From assembly GCA_027487395.1 (NCBI GenBank), contig JAIYDR010000384.1:9732-73731 (forward strand): a stretch of 64,000 nt of DNA, in the 5' to 3' direction. Of the stretch, positions 30,549 through 39,413 are shown in pieces. The position numbers and the translations under genes are program-made. Numbering within the stretch: position 1 is the stretch's first letter; each line of letters begins with the position of its first letter. The notes beneath the pieces are model-generated. The model saw only the letters and a program-made list of their open reading frames with translations, did no database searches and was not told where the DNA came from. The DNA comes from Rhodobacter sp. Its GTDB lineage: Bacteria > Pseudomonadota > Alphaproteobacteria > Rhodobacterales > Rhodobacteraceae.

Positions 30549-31583
30549 TTGACCAAGTCCCCCGTCATTGACCCCCGCCGCACCCTGACCCTGCGCGATG
30601 TGTCGGAAGCGTCGGGTGTCAGCGAAATGACGGTCAGCCGGGTGTTGCGCAACCGGGGCGATGTATCGGATGCAACGCGTGAGCGGGTTTTGGAAGCGGC
30701 GCGCACCTTGGGCTATGTCCCCAACAAGATCGCCGGGGCCTTGGCGTCGCAGCGGGTCAATCTGGTGGGCGTGGTGATCCCGTCACTCTCCAACATGGTC
30801 TTCCCCGAGGTTATGACGGGAATTTCCGAAACGCTCGAAGACACTGGCCTGCAACCCGTGGTGGGGGTCACGCATTATTCGCCCGAACGCGAAGAGTCGG
30901 TGATCTATGAGATGCTGTCTTGGCGGCCGTCAGGGATGATCGTCGCAGGGCTGGAGCACACTGACGCCGCCCGTGCGATGCTGGCGCAGGCCGGGATTCC
31001 GATTGTCGAGGTGATGGATATCGACGGCGCGGCGGTCGACAGCGCCGTGGGCATCTCGCACTATCGTGCCGGACGCCAGATGGCTGACGCGATCTTGGCC
31101 GCGGGCTATCGCCGGATCGCGTTCCTTGGCACGATGATGCCCAACGACCACCGCGCGCGCAAACGTCTGCAAGGCTTTGAAGAGGTGCTGTCGCGCACCG
31201 GTCTGGCGCTGGCGGATCGTGAGTTTTACTCGGGCGGTTCTGCCCTGCTGAAGGGGCGCGAGATGACGGCAGCGGTTTTGAACCGCAGCCCGGATGTGGA
31301 TTTCCTGTATTATTCCAACGATATGATCGGCGCAGGCGGGTTGTTGCACTGCTTGGATCGGGGTATCGACGTTCCGGGCAAAGTAGGCTTGGCGGGCTTT
31401 AACGGCGTCGAACTTTTGGACGGCCTGCCGCGCAAACTGGCTACGATGGATGCCTGCCGTCTGGAAATCGGTCGCCGCGCGGCAGAAATCATCGCCGCGA
31501 AACACCCCGATGGCATCATCGGCGGTGAGGTGATCGAACTTTTCCCCACCCTCCAACCCGGCGACACCATCCGCCGGGGCTGA
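30549..31583 (+). CDS. LacI-family transcriptional regulator
   Basis: TTG start; HTH LRDVSEASGVSEMTVSRVLRN; periplasmic-binding-fold C-terminal domain. Confidence 0.85.
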   Translation: MTKSPVIDPRRTLTLRDVSEASGVSEMTVSRVLRNRGDVSDATRERVLEAARTLGYVPNKIAGALASQRVNLVGVVIPSLSNMVFPEVMTGISETLEDTGLQPVVGVTHYSPEREESVIYEMLSWRPSGMIVAGLEHTDAARAMLAQAGIPIVEVMDIDGAAVDSAVGISHYRAGRQMADAILAAGYRRIAFLGTMMPNDHRARKRLQGFEEVLSRTGLALADREFYSGGSALLKGREMTAAVLNRSPDVDFLYYSNDMIGAGGLLHCLDRGIDVPGKVGLAGFNGVELLDGLPRKLATMDACRLEIGRRAAEIIAAKHPDGIIGGEVIELFPTLQPGDTIRRG

Positions 31584-31584
31584 G

Positions 31585-33291
31585 TCAAGGCGCGGGCGCT
31601 TGCAGCGAGGCAGGCGGTTGACCCAAACCGCCGCCCAATCCGCTGGGCTGGCCCAGACCACCGCCTAATCCGCCCAAAGGTTGCAGCGCAGGCATTTCCA
31701 TCTTGATGGTGGTGGGATCAACCGGGGCATCTTTGTAATGCATGACCATCTGCGGGAAGGCGATCACCAGACCGACCATCACCACCTGAATCACCACAAA
31801 AGGCACAGCCCCCCAATAGATTTCACCCGTGGTGACGCCGTCGGTTTTCCTGCCCGTCACCTTGTCGAGATAGGGCGCTTTTGGTGCCACTGACCGCAGA
31901 TAGAACAGCGCAAAGCCAAAGGGCGGGTGCATGAAACTGGTCTGCATGTTCACGCCAAGGATGATGCCCAGCCAGATCAGATCGATCCCCAACACCTCGG
32001 CCGCCGGCACCAGAAGCGGGACGATGATGAAGGCCAGTTCAAAGAAATCGAGGAAGAAGGCCAGCAGGAATACAAGGATCGAGATAAAGATCAGGAAACC
32101 CGTCTCGCCCCCCGGCAGGCTGGTCAACAGATGCTCAACCCAGACATGGCCGTTCACGCCATAGAAGGTCAGCGAAAACACCCGCGCGCCCAACAGGATG
32201 AACATCACGAAGGCCGACAGGCGCGTTGTCGATGTCAGCGCCTGCGAGATGACGCTCATGGTCAGCCGCCCCTTCATCGCGGCAAGGATCAGCGCGCCGA
32301 CGGCCCCCATCGCGCCACCCTCAGTCGGGGTGGCGATGCCAAGGAAAATCGTCCCCAGAACAAGAAAGATCAGCGCCAAGGGCGGGATAAGCACGATGAT
32401 CACCTGCTGCGCCAGCCGCGACATCAGGTTTGTTTTCAACGTCCTGTCCAGAACGGCGGCGATGTAGATCACCACCACCCCCACCGTTGCGCCCAAGATA
32501 TCCGCATTCGCCCCTTGCGAGGCATAGAGCAACCGGTGCGCCACCAGTGTCGTCGCCACACAGACCAGCAAGGCCACGGCAAGTGAGGTAACGCCATGCC
32601 CCAAAGTCCGCGCCTCCAACGGCAAGGCGGGCATCGCATTGGGCCGCAGGATCGACATGGTGAAGATGTAGGCGCAATAAAGTCCCGTGAGAACGAGACC
32701 GGGGATCAGCGCGGCAGTGTACATGTCTCCCACCGAGCGGCCCAACTGATCGGCCAGCACGATCAGAACCAAGGACGGCGGGATGATCTGCGCAAGGGTG
32801 CCGCTGGCCGCAATGACGCCCGAAGCGATGCGGCGATCATACCCATAGCGCAGCATGATCGGCAGGCTGATCAGGCCCATGGCGATCACGCTTGCCGCCA
32901 CCACGCCCGTGGTCGCCGCCAAAAGCGCGCCGACAAAGATCACCGCATAGGCAAGACCACCCCGGATCGGTCCGAACAACTGGCCAATCGTGTCGAGCAA
33001 ATCCTCTGCCATTCCGGACCGTTCCAGCACGATCCCCATAAAGGTGAAGAAGGGGATGGCAAGTAACGTCTCATTCGACAACACCCCCCAGAACCGATTG
33101 GGCAGGGTGTTCAACAGCGGCCAATCCAGCGTGATGTTGCCACCTGACAGGGGGGCAAGTTCAACGCCGATGAAAAAGAACAACAGCCCATTCGCCGCCA
33201 GTGCAAAGGCCACCGGATAACCCAGCAACAAAAACACCACGAGGCTGGCAAACATGATCGGCGCCATGTTGATGGCAATGAATTCCATCAT
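31585..33291 (-). CDS. TRAP transporter large permease (DctM-type) with a Gly-Leu-Gly-Gln-Pro repeat tail
   Basis: 568 aa polytopic protein; DctM-like throughout. C-terminal tail ...LQPLGGLGGGLGQPSGLGGGLGQPPASLQAPAP. Confidence 0.85.
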   Translation of the reverse strand: MMEFIAINMAPIMFASLVVFLLLGYPVAFALAANGLLFFFIGVELAPLSGGNITLDWPLLNTLPNRFWGVLSNETLLAIPFFTFMGIVLERSGMAEDLLDTIGQLFGPIRGGLAYAVIFVGALLAATTGVVAASVIAMGLISLPIMLRYGYDRRIASGVIAASGTLAQIIPPSLVLIVLADQLGRSVGDMYTAALIPGLVLTGLYCAYIFTMSILRPNAMPALPLEARTLGHGVTSLAVALLVCVATTLVAHRLLYASQGANADILGATVGVVVIYIAAVLDRTLKTNLMSRLAQQVIIVLIPPLALIFLVLGTIFLGIATPTEGGAMGAVGALILAAMKGRLTMSVISQALTSTTRLSAFVMFILLGARVFSLTFYGVNGHVWVEHLLTSLPGGETGFLIFISILVFLLAFFLDFFELAFIIVPLLVPAAEVLGIDLIWLGIILGVNMQTSFMHPPFGFALFYLRSVAPKAPYLDKVTGRKTDGVTTGEIYWGAVPFVVIQVVMVGLVIAFPQMVMHYKDAPVDPTTIKMEMPALQPLGGLGGGLGQPSGLGGGLGQPPASLQAPAP

Positions 33292-33872
33292 TTGGCGATC
33301 TCCTTGACCAGCGCTTCGCCTTCCTTTTCCGCCGCCTCATGCGCCGAAAGGAACGGGTTGGGGTCAGGGATCACCCCGCGCATCACCGCGATTTTCTTGA
33401 TGATTTCGGACAGACCTTGCAGCGCCAGCAAAACGAAACCCACCAGAAGCAGTGCCTTGGCGGGCCAGATCACCAAACCGCCAGAGTTGGTCGACACCTC
33501 ACCATTGGCAAAGGACTGCGCCACATAGGGCACCAGATACCAAAGCATCAGCAGGCTAAAGGGCATCAGGAACACCAGATGGCCAAACAGGTCGATCCAG
33601 TGCTGCACCCGACGCGAGAACAAGCCGTAAACGATGTCGATGCGGATGTGTTCGTTCTGCCTCAGTGTATAGGCCGCAGCCAGCAGAAAGGCCGCGCCAA
33701 AAAGATACCACTGCAACTCTAGCCAGGCATTGGAGGACACGGAAAACACCTTGCGCACGACGGCATTCCCGGCGCTGACCAAAACCGCAATCAAGATCAG
33801 CCACGCCACCGCGCGCCCGATGACCTCGGTACAGCGGTCGATCAGACCGGACAGCGACAGCAATCCTCGCAT
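33288..33872 (-). CDS. TRAP transporter small permease (DctQ-type)
   Basis: 194 aa from Met21 (MRGLLSLSGLIDR...). GGGGGGAAT lies immediately upstream of the ATG. Four TM segments; 4-nt overlap with dctM. Confidence 0.75.
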   Translation of the reverse strand: MRGLLSLSGLIDRCTEVIGRAVAWLILIAVLVSAGNAVVRKVFSVSSNAWLELQWYLFGAAFLLAAAYTLRQNEHIRIDIVYGLFSRRVQHWIDLFGHLVFLMPFSLLMLWYLVPYVAQSFANGEVSTNSGGLVIWPAKALLLVGFVLLALQGLSEIIKKIAVMRGVIPDPNPFLSAHEAAEKEGEALVKEIAK

Positions 33873-34111
33873 ATTCCCCCCGGTGCGTCTTTGCAGAGAC
33901 GGTTGATCCGCCGATGCCTTTTCACTCGGCAAAGGCTACGGCCCATCCGCCTTTCGCGTCAATCAAAAGGCGGGAAGCTGCAACGCAAAGTTGCGACACG
34001 GCAGCGCATATCGGGCCGCGACGGATCGTCCCGCGGGCCCTTCGCGCGCAACGAAGGGTTGCTTCGCCGGATCAAGGGTTTATCCTGAAACCATCCCCAA
34101 AGGACATTGCC

Positions 34112-36022
34112 ATGACCGTTTCGCACAGCCCTGCCGCGCCGCAAGCTGTCCCCGACCTTGGCCTTTGGTTGACCGCGCTGACGCTGGCGGGTCTGGCCGT
34201 CGCGGCGGTGGATCACCTCTTGATGCCGCTGCCCTATGCGTTGGGTCAGGCGGGTCTGGTGCTGGCCTTTCTGGCCGGGGGCGTGCCCTGTGCCATCTCG
34301 GCCCTGCGGGAATTGTGGCGCGACCATGTGCTGGACATTGACCTGTTGATGGTTGTCGCCGCCTGTGCTGCCGCTTGGGTGGGGGCGGCGCTTGAGGGTG
34401 CGGTGCTTTTGGGTCTGTTCAGCCTGTCCTCTACGCTGGAAGAGCGCGCCCTCGGCCGCGCCCGTCGCGCGGTTGAGGCTTTGATGGCCCTGCGCCCTGA
34501 CAGTACCCTGCGCCGCAATGCGGACGGCACGGTGTCAGAAGTTCCGGTTGATCGCCTGATGCCCGGCGACATGGTGATCCTGCGCCCCGGCGCGCGGGTA
34601 CCGGTTGATGGCCGTCTGGCCGAAGGTTCGGGGGCACTGGACGAATCCACCATCACCGGAGAATCCGTGCCGGTAAGGAAATCCCCCGGCGCGGCGCTGC
34701 ATGAGGCGACGGTGAACCTGCACGCGGTTTTGGTGATGCAGGTGACAAAGACTGTTGGCGAAAGCACCGTCGCGCGCATGATCGCGCTGGTAACTGAGGC
34801 GCAGGCGATGAAGGCCCCGTCCGAGCGGTTCTCGGACTGGTTCGGACAGCGTTACACGGTGGCGGTGCTGCTGGGGTCGATCATTGCCTTTGTCGTGCTG
34901 TTGCAACTGGGGTGGTCGCAGGAAGATGCGATGTATCGCGCAGCGACCTTGCTGGTCGCGGCCAGTCCTTGTGCTGTGGTGATCTCTGTCCCTGCCGCCA
35001 TCCTGTCGGCCTTGTCGGCAGCAGCGCGGGGTGGCGTGCTGTTCAAGGGCGGTGCCGCGCTGGAACGGTTGGCAGCGGTCCGCATCTTCGCCTTTGACAA
35101 GACCGGCACCCTGACCAATGGCCGGGCCGAGGTCACGCGCGTCGTGACACCGGGGGATGAGGCCGCGTTCCTGTCCCTGCTTGGCGGGCTAGAGGCGCAT
35201 TCCGAACACCACATCGCCACCGCCATCGCGGCGGAACTGTCGCGGCGCGGCTTGACCGCCCTGCCTGTGGCAGATGTGGCGACAATCCCAAGCGAAGGCA
35301 TCACGGGCGAGGACACCCAAGGCCATGTCTGGGCAGGCAATCCGCGAATGGCAGCGCGGATGGGGGCGGATTTGTCGGACCCGCTTTATGCTGGAGTGCA
35401 GGATGGGGCGGAAACCGTGATCTGGTTGGGCCGGGGCGCGCAGATCCTGGGCGCGGTCACCGTCGCCGATCAACCGCGCGAAACCTCGCGCGCAGGGATC
35501 GCGGCGCTGCGTCAAGGTGGCGTCGCGCAGGTGGTGATGATGACCGGGGACCGCCGCGCCGTGGCGGAACGCATCGGCGCGGCACTGGGTCTTTCCCCGC
35601 AGGACATCCATGCCGATATGCTGCCCGAAGACAAGGTGCGCCTGTTGGACCGTTTGGCCAGTCAGGCCCCGGTGGCCTATGTCGGCGACGGGGTGAACGA
35701 TGCCGCCGCACTGGCGCGGGCGGATGTCGGCATTGCGATGGGTGCTGCGGGCAGTGAGGTCGCTTTGCAAGCGGCAGAGGTGGCGCTCTTGTCCGACAAC
35801 ATGTCCCGCCTTGCCGCTGCACAGCGCCTGTCGCGGCGCACCGCCGTGATCATCCGGCAAAACCTGATCTTTGCGCTTGGTGCGATGGTGGTCTTGGTGA
35901 CCGGCGGGCTGTTTTTTGAACTGCCCTTGCCGCTGGCCGTCTTGGGGCATGAGGGCGGGACGGTCCTGGTCGTTCTGAACGGTCTCCGCCTGTTGGTCGA
36001 TCCGATCCGCCACCCTACTTAG
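34112..36022 (+). CDS. Heavy-metal P-type ATPase, P1B-4-like (no N-terminal metal-binding domain)
   Basis: 636 aa from Met67. Motifs: TGES, SPC (LLVAASPCAVV), DKTGTLT, GDGVNDAAAL, and HEGGT-X5-NG in the last TM. Confidence 0.85.
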   Translation: MTVSHSPAAPQAVPDLGLWLTALTLAGLAVAAVDHLLMPLPYALGQAGLVLAFLAGGVPCAISALRELWRDHVLDIDLLMVVAACAAAWVGAALEGAVLLGLFSLSSTLEERALGRARRAVEALMALRPDSTLRRNADGTVSEVPVDRLMPGDMVILRPGARVPVDGRLAEGSGALDESTITGESVPVRKSPGAALHEATVNLHAVLVMQVTKTVGESTVARMIALVTEAQAMKAPSERFSDWFGQRYTVAVLLGSIIAFVVLLQLGWSQEDAMYRAATLLVAASPCAVVISVPAAILSALSAAARGGVLFKGGAALERLAAVRIFAFDKTGTLTNGRAEVTRVVTPGDEAAFLSLLGGLEAHSEHHIATAIAAELSRRGLTALPVADVATIPSEGITGEDTQGHVWAGNPRMAARMGADLSDPLYAGVQDGAETVIWLGRGAQILGAVTVADQPRETSRAGIAALRQGGVAQVVMMTGDRRAVAERIGAALGLSPQDIHADMLPEDKVRLLDRLASQAPVAYVGDGVNDAAALARADVGIAMGAAGSEVALQAAEVALLSDNMSRLAAAQRLSRRTAVIIRQNLIFALGAMVVLVTGGLFFELPLPLAVLGHEGGTVLVVLNGLRLLVDPIRHPT

Positions 36023-36078
36023 CCAAGTCCGCTTGACCACCCGCGCTGCGCGCTTTCACAGTGGCGCGGGGGGTGTGC

Positions 36079-37425
36079 ATGGACTTTTCTGATCAGATCA
36101 TGACGGGCGAAAAAGCGGTGGCCGAAGGCCGCGCCGATGCCGCGATAGCGGTGGCCGAAGCGCTTTATGCGGCGGGCTGCACCGAGGTGTCGGTCTTCAC
36201 CTTCCACGCCCGTGCTCTGGACCTTTTGACCCGTCCGCTGGCTGCGCTGGCCGTGTTGGGGGACGGTCTGGCCACACATCCCCAATCCGGCCGTTTGCGG
36301 GTCGAACGCGGCAAAATCCTTCTCCGCCAAGGCGAAGCAACACAGGCCGAAGCGGCGTTTGACGATGCCCTGACCGTTGATCCCCGGCAGATGGAGGCGG
36401 TAAAGGGCATCCTCTTGGTGCGCCCCATGCCCTTGGACGATCCCCGTCTTGCGCTGGTGACAGCCGCCGCCGCCGAGACGGACCGCCCTGCAAGCAAACG
36501 TGCGAAGGCCTTCTATATCCTTGGGCAAATCTGGCTCGAGGCGGGTTTGCCCGATCAGGCCATGGACCATTACCACCGCGCCAATGCGTTGATGGCGGCT
36601 GGCCATGATCCCGCCGCGCTGGAATACCGCTTTGCCAGCGGGGCTTTTGACATAACCCGCGCCGTGCTGGCCGATCATGCTCGCCGCGTGGCACTGACCC
36701 CGCGTTGCCCTGCCGTTCTGATTGCGGGCTTGCCCCGGTCCGGAAAAACGCTAGCCGAGAAGCTGTTGAACCGCAGTGGCGGGGTGCATGCGGGTGGGGA
36801 ACTTGCCCTGCTGAGCCGTTATTCGCGTGAGTTGGATTGGTCGCAGGGTGGCGTGGCAGTGGTGGCGGGGTTGTCCGGGTTGACGCAATCCCCCCTCGCC
36901 CGTCGCTATACGGCGACGGCAGAGGGGCGGCGCTTTGTCACCGACACTTCGCCGCCCACGTTGTTTCGATTGGGGGTGATGGCGGCGCTGCACCCGGATG
37001 TGCCCATCGTGCTGTGCCACCGTGATCCGCTGGACCTTGCGGCCGCGATGTATGTCAAGCAATTCCGGCGCGGCAATCTCTTCACCACGCGGTTGGACAC
37101 CCTTGGACGGGCCATCGCGCGCGCCGAGCGGATGATGGCGCATTGGCTGGAGGTGCTGCCCAACCCCGTGCTGCATCTGGCCTATGAAGAGACCGCCCGC
37201 CGCCCCGACGCCACCGCAGGCCGTCTGGCTGCGCTGGTCGGTCTGCCGCCGCCACCGCCGGCCAAAGCACCCGCCCCCAAGCGTCTGCATCCCGCCCGCG
37301 CCAGCGATGGGCCCCCCGGCCCTGCGCTGATCGGTTTTGCCCGGCCTTTGGCCCGACATTTTGGCTTGGCCATGGCCGCTTATCACGCCGAACGAGAGCG
37401 TCTTTCGCGTACACGCCCACGCTGA
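36079..37425 (+). CDS. TPR-repeat protein with C-terminal sulfotransferase domain
   Basis: N-terminal Ala/Leu-rich TPR-like repeats. PAPS-binding-like GLPRSGKTL and RDPLDLAAAMY motifs. ATG at 36079 is preceded by GGGGGG; the GTG at 36061 is the alternative start. Confidence 0.6.
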   Translation: MDFSDQIMTGEKAVAEGRADAAIAVAEALYAAGCTEVSVFTFHARALDLLTRPLAALAVLGDGLATHPQSGRLRVERGKILLRQGEATQAEAAFDDALTVDPRQMEAVKGILLVRPMPLDDPRLALVTAAAAETDRPASKRAKAFYILGQIWLEAGLPDQAMDHYHRANALMAAGHDPAALEYRFASGAFDITRAVLADHARRVALTPRCPAVLIAGLPRSGKTLAEKLLNRSGGVHAGGELALLSRYSRELDWSQGGVAVVAGLSGLTQSPLARRYTATAEGRRFVTDTSPPTLFRLGVMAALHPDVPIVLCHRDPLDLAAAMYVKQFRRGNLFTTRLDTLGRAIARAERMMAHWLEVLPNPVLHLAYEETARRPDATAGRLAALVGLPPPPPAKAPAPKRLHPARASDGPPGPALIGFARPLARHFGLAMAAYHAERERLSRTRPR

Positions 37426-37513
37426 TTCGCTGCAAGGTTGTGCGATTTGCGTAACTTTGCCTATAAATCTGGGCAAAACACCTCGGCTTCCGGTGCAAAT
37501 GGTCAGGTTTGTC

Positions 37514-37559
37514 TTGACGGATCGAAACGAGCGTCTATGTGCTGAATGAACGTTCATTC
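37514..37559 (+). promoter_or_regulatory. Promoter (TTGACG-N16-TATGTG) plus 16-bp perfect palindrome, putative TetR operator
   Basis: -35 at 37514-37519, -10 at 37536-37541. The palindrome GAATGAACGTTCATTC (37544-37559) overlaps the first ATG of the TetR ORF. Confidence 0.5.
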
Positions 37560-38205
37560 TCGCACCTCCCCTTGTCCCGGATCCTTCATGACCGCGCCTG
37601 CCGCACTTTCCCATGCTTCTGACACCCGCAGTGTCGAAATCCTTGACCGCGTGCGCCTTGCGTTTGCGGAAAAGGGGTTTGACGGCGCATCGATGCAGGA
37701 CCTTGCCCGCGCGGCGGGGATGAGTGTCGGCAACTTCTACCGCTATTTCCCCAGCAAAGCCGCTATTGTCGAAGGTTTGATCCACCGCGATTTGGCGGAG
37801 ATCGAAGCCACCTTTGCCGCTGTGATGGGCTCGCCCGATCCACTGGCCGCGCTGCGGGCCATCCTTGCGGAACGGGTGAACGAAGATTGCGCGGCCGATG
37901 GGCAAATCTGGGCCGAAATCACCGCTGCGGCGCTGCGGAAACCCGAAATCGGGGCCGTCGCGCAAAAGATGGAAGATGAAATCGCGGGCTATATGATGGC
38001 CGTCTTTGCCCGCATCACCGGCCTGACTGTGGCCGAGGCCCATAGCCGCTTTCGCGCGCAGGCGACCTTGATCGTCATGTTGGTCAAGGCCGCCGCGATG
38101 CAACCCGCCCAAGAACCAGAGACGCGCGGTAATCTGTCCGCGCTTATCCTTCGTACAATAGACCGAACGCTTGGCGAAGTCGTCGCAAGCGCCCTGAAAG
38201 GCTGA
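37546..38205 (+). CDS. TetR/AcrR-family transcriptional regulator
   Basis: HTH ...FAEKGFDGASMQDLARAAGMSVGNFYRYFPSK... The start may instead be ATG at 37588, because 37546 lies inside the operator palindrome. Confidence 0.85.
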   Translation: MNVHSRTSPCPGSFMTAPAALSHASDTRSVEILDRVRLAFAEKGFDGASMQDLARAAGMSVGNFYRYFPSKAAIVEGLIHRDLAEIEATFAAVMGSPDPLAALRAILAERVNEDCAADGQIWAEITAAALRKPEIGAVAQKMEDEIAGYMMAVFARITGLTVAEAHSRFRAQATLIVMLVKAAAMQPAQEPETRGNLSALILRTIDRTLGEVVASALKG

Positions 38206-38214
38206 ACACACATC

Positions 38215-39402
38215 ATGCGTTTTCCTCTGTTTGCTCCCGCGCTGTTCGCGGCCTTCGCCTTTCCGGTCTTGCCGGTTCATGCCGAAGGCGCGACCGAAGC
38301 CGCTGTACCGGCGGTGACGGAAACCTTGCCTGCGATTTCGGTCTCAACGGTTGAAACGCGGCTGCTGCGAGACCGTGTCATCGCCTCTGGTCTGGTCTCG
38401 CCGGTGGAGCGTATCCTTGTCGCCCCCTTGATCGAAGGCCAACCCATCGAGTCGCTTGAGGCGGATGTGGGCGATTTCGTGAAAGCCGGTCAAGTTCTGG
38501 CCCGTCTGTCGCGCACCACGCTGGAATTGCAGAAAACCCAAGTTGCGGCGTCGCGCGCCTCGGCACGGGCGACAATCGCCCAGATCGAAGCGCAACTGAT
38601 CGAAGCCCGCTCCAGCGCGGATGAGGCTGCACGCGTCTCAACCCGCACCGCCGCGCTGCAAAAGCAGGGCAGCGCGTCGAAGGCAGCCTCTGATACGGCC
38701 AATGCCAATGCCATCGCCGCCTCTGCCCGTGTGACCGCCGCGACGCAGACGCTGGAAGCCGCCCGCGCGCAATTGGAATTGGCCGAAGCGCAGATGGCCA
38801 ACATTGATCTGCAAGTCGAGCGCGCCGATGTGAAAGCCCCGGTGGCCGGAGAGATCATCGCGCGGAACGCGGTCATCGGTGCTGTCGCCACGGCCCAAGG
38901 TGAACCGATGTTTCAGATGATCAAGGATGGCGCGCTAGAGTTGACGGTCGAATTGGCCGAGGTTGACCTGCCTCGCCTTGCCGCAGGTCAGACCGTAAGC
39001 ATGCGCTCGGTCGGGTTGACAGAGCCTCTGACCGGCGCCGTTCGGTTGGTGGAACCTACCATCGACACCGCCACCCGCCTTGGCCGCGCCCGGATCAGCA
39101 TTGATGGCGACGATGCCGTGCGGTCTGGCATGTTCATGGATGCCGAGATCCTGATTGCCGAACGCGATGCGCTGGCGGTTCCTGTCACCGCCATTGGCAG
39201 ATCTGCCGAAGGCAGCACAGTGATGAAGGTCTCGGATGGCGTGGTCAGCCGTGTTTCGGTCAAGACCGGCATCCGCGATGGCGGCTGGATTGAGGTGCTG
39301 GAGGGCATCAGCCCCGGCGACACCATCGTTGCAAAGGCGGGGGCCTTTGTCCGTGACGGCGACCGGATCAACCCGGTCCCCTTTGAACCCGCCGTGAACT
39401 GA
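38215..39402 (+). CDS. RND efflux periplasmic adaptor (membrane fusion protein)
   Basis: 395 aa; signal peptide; long Ala-rich coiled-coil hairpin; beta-barrel C-terminus. Confidence 0.85.
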   Translation: MRFPLFAPALFAAFAFPVLPVHAEGATEAAVPAVTETLPAISVSTVETRLLRDRVIASGLVSPVERILVAPLIEGQPIESLEADVGDFVKAGQVLARLSRTTLELQKTQVAASRASARATIAQIEAQLIEARSSADEAARVSTRTAALQKQGSASKAASDTANANAIAASARVTAATQTLEAARAQLELAEAQMANIDLQVERADVKAPVAGEIIARNAVIGAVATAQGEPMFQMIKDGALELTVELAEVDLPRLAAGQTVSMRSVGLTEPLTGAVRLVEPTIDTATRLGRARISIDGDDAVRSGMFMDAEILIAERDALAVPVTAIGRSAEGSTVMKVSDGVVSRVSVKTGIRDGGWIEVLEGISPGDTIVAKAGAFVRDGDRINPVPFEPAVN

Positions 39403-39413
39403 GGGGCAGCGCC

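Noticed and set aside
36751-38280. 509-aa minus-strand ORF spanning the sulfotransferase 3' end, the intergenic region and tetR
   Set aside because: It crosses a promoter/operator region and two well-supported plus-strand genes. Its composition is shadow-ORF-like.
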